A stretch of DNA of 64,000 bases, from the NCBI GenBank assembly GCA_965235115.1, contig OZ249436.1:53384001-53448000 (forward strand), given 5' to 3'. This document shows positions 1-11,596 of the stretch, one piece after another. The position numbers were made by a program, and so were the translations under genes. Below the pieces are notes generated by a model that searched no databases, was not told the DNA's origin, and saw only the letters and a list, made by a program, of their open reading frames with translations. The stretch's first letter is position 1. Each line of letters begins with the position of its first letter. The DNA comes from Laetmonice hystrix (Eukaryota).

Positions 1-38
1 TGGACCTGTCCCATTAAATTTGAGACATCTGAACTTAC

Positions 39-2178
39 TTCTCTGAGTAGCCATTCAGGCATGCTTTCTGCATGGCCTCTACCACATAACGAAGGAACTC
101 ATGAGCATCTTCCTGCCGGCCATACGTGAGGTGTTTGGCAATCACTGGAAGATATAAATTATAACAATGTCTTGAATTCAAGGAATATAAATTAGTGTTC
201 AGTTCCAGTTTGGTTACTACACACGCAGAAACAAGATGACAATCCGTGCAAGTTTACCTGTAGGATTTCACTAGACCTTGCAGTTTTTAGGGTACTAGAA
301 TTGCTGGTTTTACACTTTTTTACCTCTGCAGTTGTACTGGGATTTGGGTTTTACACCTTTAATACCGAGGTGATCAATTTTCAGATGTCATGTGGGTATT
401 TGTTTAGCGCACCTGAATGGATTTTAAGATGTGCTATGGTGTGTGATTGTGCGCCTTAAAAGACAGTCACTGTAGCATTGCCAGACATAAGGACTACTAT
501 GTGGAACATCCTTTTCACCTACTTTTGATCTTGCCAAGAATGGACTGAGGACAAATGGCACTGTCCTTGTTGGGTAAGCGTGGCTGTTCAAGACATCTCT
601 TCACGTGACGTTGAAGCTCACACAGCATACAAAATCCAACTTGCTTACCTGTCAACACAAAACTTGTCATTACTCCATCATATAATTTTTTTAAAGGCTT
701 CTTTTGTGTCAGATCTAATTCAACGAACATCCACAATCCTCATGATGTAGCATTCAGACACTGGATCTTCGGACACACAAATACCATTATTCAGTCTTCC
801 CTGTTACCAAGCTCAAAAAATAGATGCAAGCAGCCCTGGATATTTTTTCAAGGACAATATTTCCCTATTCTTCACGCTATTAAAAATCCTTTAAATCCAT
901 TAAACTCTTTCACCATGGTGAGCTGCTCACAACATCACATGTTCTTAACATTCCCACCTGACAGCCAGCAGCAGTTGCTCAAAGGCCTTATCAAGGCTTA
1001 TCATTATGGTCCTTTAACCCCCAGCATGAACATGAAAAAATATTTTGTAACAAAAGCATAATGTTTGCAGCCTGTGGGCCAGGAGCAAAGATGAAACTGG
1101 TTATGGTGTCCGAGCAATCGCTGCCTTGGCCCTTCCCAATCCCAATAATAGCTACCTCTGAAGTCAGGCACAGCTGACTTACACTTGTACGTGTGCTCAT
1201 TGCTGTACAGGTAGTTGACAAGCGGTGCTGTGTAAGTCAAGCACTGAAGGATACTGTTGACATAACAGTTGTTGTTATTGTTGCGCAGACCAACGCCGAT
1301 ATGCCGTGGGTGCTTCCATTCCAGCTGTACCTTCTCTGCTGGGTAGAGTACTAGTGCAGGTCTAGGGATGCCATCTCCTGCATCAGCTGATCCCGTCATA
1401 GCTACAATATATATAGATGTACCTTATGTAAAACATCTGACATTTTAGAAAAATTCTGGCTTTTGTTGAAAAATCTGACCTGGTACCAACACTGTATTTA
1501 TAATGGCATACTTATAATCGGGCAAATAGAGCGAAAAACTGAACATGTTTAATACACCAGTTAAAGAGGCAAGTGAAGCATATCCTCAACATATCCGAAA
1601 GTAGTCAATTGTGGCTCGGACTGATATAAATACACAAATGTATGTCAATTGATGGACACATGCTGACCACTTGGTGTTCTTGAAATCAATTTGGAACATG
1701 AGGTACTTCATACAAAATCTAGAAATTCATACAAAAAACTGATTTTGCAAAGTAAACAGCCATCCCATGATTACTTAAAGTTAAACTGACATCCATTTTA
1801 CAATATGTAAGCTGAGAAACCACACAATCATGCATCCTTTTTTCTATTCTACAAAATAAACTTACTTTTAACATTTGTGGTATATCCATTCAAAACAACC
1901 TCATTTTTGCTTTTTTGGTTGAGAGGAGAAGGTCCACTTGGTGTCTCCTTTGCTTGTAATGAGTTAAGAGGAGTGTATTTTGAACGCAACACTTCTAGTT
2001 GGTATGCAGAGTCGCTTTCAGCAGGAGCAAATTCAATGTTGTGCAACAAAACCCGCTTGGATGAAGAAACAAGCTTCTGATCAATGCTCTGCCCACTTGA
2101 TCTACATTGCCCAAGAGAAGCCCGCAAGGTGCCCTCGATGTGGCTGCTTACTATTCCGACACCTGAACTGGCTGGCAT
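39..2178 (-). CDS. USP36: Ubiquitin carboxyl-terminal hydrolase USP36/USP42-like, 5' part (gene continues past the left edge)
   Basis: Phase-consistent GT-AG exons 2178-1866, 1401-1183, 648-523 and 144-39. They encode DGIPRP..LYP, the Cys box [39 protein letters not shown] and [12 protein letters not shown], all typical of the USP36/42 subfamily. A probable non-coding upstream exon has a donor (GTGAGT) near 3659. Confidence 0.88.
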
Positions 2179-5008
2179 AGCAAAGGAACTTGGGGCATCA
2201 CTCTACACTGAAAAATATATTAAAACATGTATGAATAATAAATTTCATAATATCCAATCCATGTCATCAATTTGTACTTGTGATGTTAACAATTATCAAG
2301 TAACTGTGAAATGCTACTTTACATTGAATGATATACAGTGCTTGCTGTGAAAAAAATGCAGGCGAGTGGTCAACAGCTCCAAGAGTGAAGTATGGACGAG
2401 CTGTTTTTCCCCCCATGATAATCACACACCTATTGACAAGTCTTGGTGAGCTGCTTCTAAATGCTGTACTTCAATCAAATTTGCTGTAATAAAATAAAAT
2501 AAATGTTATAAATGTTGTTATGCCGGGTCGGGCCATGGGCAAGAGGAATTGGCCATCCCTGGTTAGATTAGATAGATCTACTTTGATACTTTTTGTTTTG
2601 CTTGCTTGTGCTTGGTTATTCACACTCCTTGATCGGAATTTGGGTGTGCGATAGTTTCACTGCAGGCACTGAAAAAGACAGGGCTCAAAATTGGTAGGGG
2701 CCGAGGACCAGTGGGGGGGGGGGGGGTTCCGAGGGCCCTCCCCCGGAAAAAATGCCCCCCTGAGACGCAATTTCCTGATATCTGAGAGGGGCAATTGGTC
2801 ATCACTGACATGTTGTTTTGGTACATGCTAAGGCTGTGTGCAGGAAAGTGAAAAAAGAACATTGTTAAAAAGATTTTTTGTCATTCAACAAAAAGTAGGC
2901 GGCGGCAAAACTGGTTTTAGATGGTGTTTTGCTGCCGCTGACCAGCTACTTTTGAGAGCCGTGCATGATCCTGCTGTGGTTCACCTGACTCTATGGGCAC
3001 CTTGAACAGCATTGATCAAAGCATCCAATGTTCAATGCAGGCCTCGAATTACACGACGGCATTTGCCATCGTGTTTTTTCCATGTATCGTAAATTTGCTG
3101 CCGTGCCTTTGAATATACACAGAAATACTAATTATGGGCTAATTTTTTTGCAATTATGGTGAAATATTAAAAAATATCTAAAAATGCGAGTTCATACGGG
3201 ACCCCCCTTTTTTGTTGCAGATTTCGATTCTACATTTTATTAAAATTTTATTTTCATATAATTTTTTTATTCTGATTTTCTTAATCAACTCAAAATATCA
3301 CATGGGATCCTCCAATTTCTTGTTGCATTTGGATTCTAATTCTGGTCAGGTATCACAATTTTCAGGAATTTACTTTGATTTCAACATAGTCAGCCTCCTT
3401 AACGAGGGCATCTTCATAGGCCTAGGCATCTCAGACTACCGTATATATATATATCTGCTTAGACCCAAGGCAACACTTGCTTTGCCCTAAAAAAATTAAA
3501 AGTTGATCCCTAAAATTCTGTTTTCCAAAAATCCCAAACATGTACTACCAACTGCAACGGTGAAGCCCCCCCCCCCCCCCCCCCCCAATACCCTGCCGGT
3601 TCACCCTGTCACCACGTGTCCAGGCCCGGCTCCAGCTGCAGCTGACTGACAAGACTCACCCGACCCGAACCCACAACTCGACGCTGGCCTCGGGCTCCTC
3701 AGTCTCGATCATCCAGACCCTCAGCGGCCCGAGCAGAGGGTCTGGAAAAGTTCCTATGTGAGAGTTGTTCGTTTCGTTGAGCCCGTAAGCGGCCCGTTTA
3801 CTCGGTTCCAGTTTCCGGTTTGCTCGCAGCTGATTGGTCCATACCGAAAATGTATCAAGAGCCGGAGCATCTGGGGGGGGGGGGGGGAGGTCGCATGCAG
3901 CGACCGAGCGTGGGAATATCAAGCCGGACGGGGCGTGAGCAGGTGATCCCGTCGTCGGGCCTGCCAGCGTGTTCACGCGTCCCACAGAATCTAGCCATTC
4001 ACTCGTTTTTTTTAACAATTTTAAACCGGTCTGAGGTTTTAAAAATATATGCTCCTAACATATGCCTAAGGCTTAGCCTTAGTTTGTGGGTAGTACGTTT
4101 GATAACGATTCCTAGCGCAGTGAGCTAGTATTATGATTATGAAAAATTACGAGTTGATTGTCGGCTGTCCGACACTGACAGCGACTCGCGCCCGGGTGCC
4201 CAGGTCTGCCGGCGAGGGTTAGAACATTCTAACTAACCGCAGTCGGGCTGAGCCCTCCCTTCATATGTTTCAATGACTGACGCTGGACATTAAATAACAT
4301 ATTGACATCTCACGACACTGTTTATTCTTAGTTATAATACTAGAACAATCTTATTCAGGCAAACTGACCAAAACAAACGCCGCTCTGAGATCGCTTACGA
4401 CATGGAGCACGGTGCGTGACTACTGCGCCACCTTGTGACGAACAAACGCCAGACACAAACTTTCCCAGACTCACGTACAGCGAGAGAGAGTCGGGTGACC
4501 GAGACTGCGGGCTCCTCTGCCCAGCCGCCCTTGCCTTGGCCTTGCGGCTTGGCATGCACAGCGTCAGCCTCAGAGGGGCGGGCACAAATAACAGTTCATA
4601 CACCTAGAAAGGTTTCTGAAAATTAATTTCAGGGTACCGTGGTTTAGATAATGTCTTTTAATTGTGGAGACTCGAGACTTTGACCCTGAAATACTGAATT
4701 GAAACAAATACTTCGACACGCATGTCTGAAAGCTGCAACGTAGAGTCCGCCAGAGACAGCCATTGTTGCAGCATGGTCGGACCCCGGCTTCCGAAGATTT
4801 CCACATTTTCCATGTCAGAGACACGGAAACCTACAATTATTGTCGACATTATTTTCTAAATAAACTTCTGATAGCCGCGACACAAAAGACAACGGGACTG
4901 TCAACGTAAAAGCACTGGTACTTACCAGAGAAAATGAAGAAAACACTTTGCGTGCCTCCGGATTCGAATTCCAATATCCGGGTATTAGGAACAAGATTGT
5001 ACTTCCTT

Positions 5009-5020
5009 TACGCATGCGTA
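5009..5020. promoter_or_regulatory. Palindromic NRF1-like site in the divergent promoter region
   Basis: TACGCATGCGTA is a perfect palindrome resembling the NRF1 consensus YGCGCATGCGCR, about 27 bp upstream of the ATG at 5047. Confidence 0.4.
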
Positions 5021-5046
5021 CTAATCACCATCCGGGCAATTTCAAC

Positions 5047-6686
5047 ATGTCAGCGGCCATGTCCGTGAGATTGAGAGTTCTTCTGCACGTTCGTTGCGTG
5101 AATTTAACAAGGATACCCCAGGCTATGAAAACAGAATACTGTTCATCCGTGGCAGATCTAAAAGGCAGTAATGCGAGGCGTTCATTTTTCTCTGATTGCC
5201 AAGTCCAAACGAACAGAAACACCGCCACCAACCCGTCTGTCTTCCTCGGCTGTGCTTCAATTTGTTCAAAGCGGTTTCATTATTATAACGTCAGTGGGGA
5301 AAATAGGCCTACTGATGGGCACATTGCGCCACTGGTACCAAGATCTCACTGTGTCCAAAGGAAAGAGAGAAACATATTTCACCAATATCGTTTGATGACA
5401 ACGTCAGCAGGACTTGATGGACATACATTGAAGGCTAGGATGGCTGAAATAACTGACAAATTCTCAGAAGTGCAAGAACTGCTTGAAGATGCAGTATGTT
5501 GACTTTGTTGTCTTGTCAAGTGACAAACTGTTGTCGACTAGGCACCCAGGCGCGTGTCCGGGGGGGGGGGGGGGGGAATCCAGGCCACCTGCCTCCCCCA
5601 CCTGCTCCAACAGTCACAGAGCATAGATTTTTCTAAGCATTCCCGCCGTTTTGAACCTGTTGAGCAATTTTTTCTAAGCATCCCCACCGTTTTGAACCCG
5701 TTCGTTGAGCGATAAATCCACAAAATATAATGCCTTAAAATGGCTGCTAAATGGCAAGTAATCGCGTCTCAGAGAGCTCTTCTAATTTTTAAAAATTTCC
5801 GAAGACCCCCCTGCTGAAAATCCTAGACACGCGCCTGAGGCCCCCTACTCTATGCATAATGCAGAACTAGAAAAGCAATCCCCGAGTATTGTCTCATATT
5901 GAACTTCATTAGATTTCTCCATTTCTGTGGGTTTACATTTAATTTTATTGATTTATGTAGTGTTAAGGCCTTATCTAACCTTACAGCCCATGTCTGCATT
6001 TTGGAGTCGTTAAAAGGAGAGATACTCGGTGATTACCTTAATCATGAGATTGTCTTGGAAATGAAATAGTGTAGTCCAGGTTATTTTCTGATTTCACATG
6101 CACTCATGTGAGTGTTACCCAGTGTTCTTTCTCATATCTACCCTAGCATGCTTGCACTCCAGCTTGGCTGGGGTAGACACTTGTTCAGGAGGGGTAGGCT
6201 CAGACAAACATTAAAGTCATATTATAACGTGGAATGTAGGAAAATTTTAACGATTTTCTAAAATTAATTCCTGCATGTTACCAAAGACGTGTACAAATAT
6301 TTGCCATGTCCAATACCTGCGTGTTACCTTAGGATAAGACAGAACCACGTGAACTGGAGAACATTCGGGAATTTATCATACCTTTAAATGAAATGTTTTC
6401 CAGGGAAATCTTGATACATGTAAATGTATGTAACTAAGCAATGCACATGAGTGTAACTGGTTTAATTTTCTTGATTTTTCAGCGGGAAGTTAAAGGCACA
6501 GTATATTTCACCGAGGATGTGATGGAAGCAATCAAAGCCGTGGATAATATATTGATGGTGTATGATGACTTGCTGGGAAAACTTGATGAAAGCCAACGTC
6601 GAGATATAATACGAACAATTGGTCTCAAAATGGAAGAGTTAAAAGCCCAAAAGAGTATGCTGGAAGAAGAAATGGTTAAAGAGTGA
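5047..6686 (+). CDS. Uncharacterised, probably mitochondrial protein (216 aa) with a conserved C-terminal helical domain
   Basis: Exons 5047-5493 (donor GTATGT) and 6483-6686 (acceptor TTTCAG, stop TGA) join in phase 0. The N-terminus is Arg/Ser-rich and acid-poor. The C-terminus EITDKFSEVQELLEDA|REVKGTVYFTED...IRTIGLKMEELKAQ resembles, from memory, the plant/fungal embryogenesis-like protein family. AATAAA at 6961. Confidence 0.8.
5547..5837. mobile_element. Non-autonomous DNA transposon (MITE) in the intron
   Basis: TIR CAGGCGCGTGTC ... GACACGCGCCTG; flanks AGGCACC / AGGCCCC (degenerate 7-bp duplication). Confidence 0.7.
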
Positions 6687-7948
6687 TCTCTTAATCTTAC
6701 ATTTATGCCATCAATGTTATTGGTTAATAACACCTCACTTTCTAATGATATTGTTTCATACAGACGTAACTGTAAGTACACATATGGAAAAAATCTTTAT
6801 GTTTTGATTGAGATCCTGCATATTTCAACTGTAGTGATATGTGATTACGATATACATTTTGTGACCTATATGAAACAAGAGAATTACTGTTATCTACAAA
6901 CCCCCTTTAATGCAATCCATGATAGTGATTTGTTATACATAATATTATCTGAGTGTACACAATAAAATTTCGAGTGAATTGTGTTGGTTTCTAGCTTGTG
7001 TTGCCAAGGGCGCCAAATTCTAATGAAGTAAAGTCACCAGTGAAACTTATAGGTGATCATGACACATGTAAATGATGTGATCCAAATACATTATATCATT
7101 ACTGGAGAGTAAATATATTGTATTATGCTTGTGAGATACAGGCAGGGATCCTATCAGAACTAGACCAATGAAAAAAATCAACAAGCCAATGTCTTGCTGA
7201 CTCAAACGACCATGTTTAACGCTAAATGTGTACTGACACCGAATAGCCTGTTGGTACCTTCGCTGGTCAACAGGTGGCGCTTTGGCCAACGGCCAAGAAT
7301 TTTTTTTTTTTTTTTTTTTTTGGGGGGGGGGGGGGTCCAAAATCGTACCCTATTCGCGGATTTCCGCAGTTTCTGTGGCTTCTAGCGCTCCAAACGATCC
7401 TTTCAATTAAGATAACAGTAGCTTGCTGCTTTTTCACCGTCGCTCTTTCTAATCCCTGATGCTAAAAAACTGCGTTCAAAAGTGGAAAGAGTTCCAAACA
7501 CGAGGAAATGCTCTTGAAAAGTTAGGGGCGCTGCTGCAGGGGGGAGGGGATGGTAACCTAAAGAGGTCAAACAAAGGCCCCTGAAATTAGCCTAACTGCA
7601 AAAGGTCAAACACACATCAGGGCTGCCCTGCCCCCCCCCCCCCACTTTGAAATAGGCGGCGGCGCCCCTGAAAGTCACTGAATCTGGTGAGGCTCATACT
7701 GGACTGATAACGTGGAACCCTTATACACGGGACAGCTTCAAAGGAACCAACACTGAACAGGATTCTGTAGATAAAGAATTGGTTTGAAAAAAAAATTGAT
7801 ATTAGAAACGAAACTGGCCATATGAGAATTATAGTCCTATCTAGGCACGGGGAACCAATCCTCCAACACAATGTATGCCATTCGCCGCTATTTAGCGTAT
7901 TTCCACTATTTTTTTCAAAACTCGTTATTGCTGAGATCGATGCATGAC

Positions 7949-8164
7949 CAGGGCCGGCGCGACCTGTTTGCGGTTGGGGGGGGGGGGGGTAACATTCCAT
8001 TAGGGCACCTATGGGCACCAATGCCCAATCGTAGTGATGCCCGTCTTTCCTTATAAAAAGGGCACCGTCAACCAGAAAAGAGCACTATCAACCAAAATTT
8101 TCTTTTTTTTTGGGGGGGGGGGGTTAAATACCCCCTCTACCCCCACCCGGTCGCGCCGGCCCTG
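7949..8164. mobile_element. MITE with CAGGG termini and 5-bp TSD
   Basis: Perfect 16-bp TIR CAGGGCCGGCGCGACC; ATGAC on both sides (7944-7948, 8165-8169). Confidence 0.85.
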
Positions 8165-8399
8165 ATGACCGTTGAGCGCCGGGTGCAGGTACCCTTTTAA
8201 CTATTCCTTTTATTGGCTGCGATCCCTGAAATAGGTATTGATCCGGTATATAGGCCATTTCTTCCAACGTAAGCTCAAACAAAGCATTGAACAGCGTCCT
8301 CGCATTTTTATTTCGGTTGGAAAGGAGTGCATGGCCGTCTTGGATTTGACGGCTAAAATAACATCGGGAGCCGTTACTGACTTATATTAGATGAATTAA

Positions 8400-8766
8400 A
8401 GGGAGGGTAAACACACACGCCAAATAAGGTTTCGTAGACCAAATGGAACACCAGCATTTACCTCAGGGCAATAAATGCCACAATTACGTTGTCTGAATGA
8501 AGTAATTAACGTGTAACTGCCGATGTGTGACGCCGCTGGTTCTGATCTTGACCTGCTTGTGTGTTCATCAGAGCCGAATGCTGCACACCACGGCATATTG
8601 CATAACATTACGTGCCAATCTGCTCACAGACCTTGTCTACACGATGTTTGGAGTCCCAACGTTTGTAAACGTCCGAGGTGATGAGCACAAGCAGAGCAAG
8701 GTTAGAAAATGCTGGTGTTTCCTTTGGTCTACGAAACCTTATTTGCCGTGTGTGTTTTCCATCCCT
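8400..8766. mobile_element. Kolobok-like MITE at a TTAA target
   Basis: About 62-bp imperfect TIRs (AGGGAGGGTAAACACACACGCCAAATAAGGTTTCGTAGACCAAA...); TTAA on the left, TAAA on the right. Confidence 0.75.
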
Positions 8767-8993
8767 TAAAGCAATGTTAATTCTCTATTAGTACATGATT
8801 GTCTACCATAATGGATCTATTGTATGGTAGCACACAAGTAATTATATTATGATAGGACTAATAGGTCACAAAAAGGGCATATGTAGGCCTAATGGTCTAC
8901 GAGCTATGGAGCTAAATTAAAACAAAGAAGATCATACTACGGATGGGTCGATGCTTTAAATTTATATTTGCCATATAACAGGTCAGCAAATCT

Positions 8994-11563
8994 TTACATT
9001 TTCCCAGCTTTTTTACAAGAAGCGCAACAAATATCTGTCATAAGTTTGCACATCATCGGTATTTCCAGGAACTCTTTACAAGTTATGGGTTTTCCGTTTT
9101 GAGACATCTTCCGCCATGTTTGATCCTCGCATTTTCCGCCACCATCTGCAAACGTGTTCAAGTACAAAATGAGTCTGAATATTGTACATGTTGATAGGTC
9201 CAGTTTACTATAACCGTTGTCATGATTAAATTTAAGAAAACCACGAAGGGGAGGGGCAAGCTCAAATGCGGGTTCATAGCATTGTTGTGAATGGTCCGGC
9301 ACATTGGTAAGGACGAAACTACAGTTTGTATATTGAAAGTTGTTTTTATACCTGAGCCTCCGTCGTTGTCGCCTCCGCCTCCGTCGCCTCCGCCTCCGTC
9401 GCTGCCGCCTCCGCCGCCAGTCTTGTTGTTACCTTTACAACAGACATAATCTTTTTACAGATACATTCACACACGATCCCTCCCATTTTTATCGGCAGCG
9501 TGCGGAGCCAGTTGAAAAAGAAGGGGAGAAAACAAACAAAACAACAAACTATAGCAAGAATGGACTGGCTAAAAACAGGGGACTCAACTCGGGGAAAGTA
9601 AGGAGAATCTATTAGAAAAACAAGCGAATTTTTGACCGAGTTAAAGGGTCAACTAATTTGACCCAATCTATGTAACACTTAGTTGGTTGCATAATGATAT
9701 TATTTTTTGACCAATTTTGGGGTAAAGTTTGACCTCACAACCTTTACAGTATATAGAGGGGTCCGGGCCGGCACACAATATGGATGGGGCCGCCACGGGC
9801 ATTTAATAAACCTTTATATAATAATTTCATGTATGTATCCATAGCTTATATAGGCTACTCCTTTTATATACCTCTGTGAGAATACAGAGTATATAAATGT
9901 GTTGAATTTGATCCCGAAGGAAATACCATCGAAATACATGCACTTACCTTTGTATTTGTTTCCGTCAATTGCTCCTATTTCGTGACAGGACTTGCAGCAT
10001 TTCCTTTTAAAGTCCTCCATACTGCACCCATTAGGATATGAATCCGTCATTTCGTTACATTTACTGACTTGTTTGGGGGTTTTAGTGAATGGATCCCGAA
10101 GTGTAAGCCTAATCGTAGAGTCCGTACAACCTGTAAACATATAGGCCTAATTATCGAAAGTTGTGTGTGGGGGGGGGGGGGGGGAGCTGGGGGTTGGTGG
10201 GTGTACGATTTTTTTTAGGAGAGACTCTTATGTCCACGTACTGTGCACGAGCACCAGGCGTAAACCATCACATGTACTTTCAGAATGTCCAATGTTGTAT
10301 TGGCCTAGTCCCCACCGGTACATATTCCTGTTGTGAGATGTCTTAATAAAAAGTCCCTCCATTGAAACAGTGTTGGGGAGTCCCCTTTAGCTAAAACATT
10401 TAGAGCAATAACTCAGAAAGGGCCTCGAGTTAAATGAGATCAAAATGCGAATTTTTGCCCAATTTGTCTTTTTAATCGAATTATTGTGTCAACAACGGAA
10501 GTTGACCAATGAGCGACTGCAGACATCAAAGGTAAAATCGGACTATAGAAATGCTTATATATATAGAACACGCTTCAAATGGAGGATTTCCGGCAATTAT
10601 CCAACATGACCGTGTACTTAGATTTCTCCCGATAGCACATCTGCCGCCATAATTTGGTAGACAACCTCCCATCAACCCGTGTAATCGCGTACTGCGTCAT
10701 ATCCTGCGTGTGCACTCTCTGCATGTGCTTAGTCACGTGCTTCGCTTAGTTGTAAACAATCCAGCAGTTGCACTCGATCGGCAGGCATCAGAATGCCACC
10801 CAAAAAATATTTTACGCAATCGGCAGAGAAACGGGCAAGGGAGCTTCATAAACTTCGATTTCTCACGCAAAATGAAACTGATAAGTCTGTCTTTGTTTAC
10901 CACGCAATTTTAATGAAGGATATCTTTATGAAAACATACCGATTTTTCACGTTTCCTCATAATATGCCCCTTTAAGAAGGAAGGAAAGAAAGAAAGAAAG
11001 AAAGTCGATTTTTTTTTTCGCAGGCATACCAAAGGTTTCTAATTTTGAGGATACCCTCTACATGTAATAAATACCCTTGTCTGTATAAATTGCTGTCTAT
11101 CATTTTCAGAGATTCATGTTATGTACGTCCTTGTATGGCATACAATTAAATTTTGCTTTGCAAATTAAAAAAACCCCAGTAATTTCGTTTCAAACGCCTT
11201 TGCCGACTTGAATGACTTTCCTTAGGGGGTTAACGTCATAGCTTTATTTAACAGCAATACTGATGTAAAAAGGACGAAATTTATTTTCAGAACCACGGAG
11301 TGATTGTAGGCCTATATTGCGTTAGGGGAGTCGTCCTTTAAATTTACAATCCCTACAGTGGCTCTGGGCTCTAGATATTCACTCACCAGTCGGAGCCGGG
11401 GAAGCAAACTTCTTCTTCGAGCAGGAACCGGCGTTGACTTTATAATAAAACAATGACACATTCATGTAGAGGCTCTTAATATTATGTTAACAAAATATTG
11501 TTCTGTGACGTAACTAACTATATACAGCCATAACACGTGGTATGTCCAACGTGCCATATAGTA

Positions 11564-11596
<33 letters not shown>

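Noticed and set aside
9340..9615. Arg-rich, protamine-like ORF (RRCRLRLRR)
   Set aside because: It is the antisense reading of the Gly-Asp linker exon of the metalloprotease.
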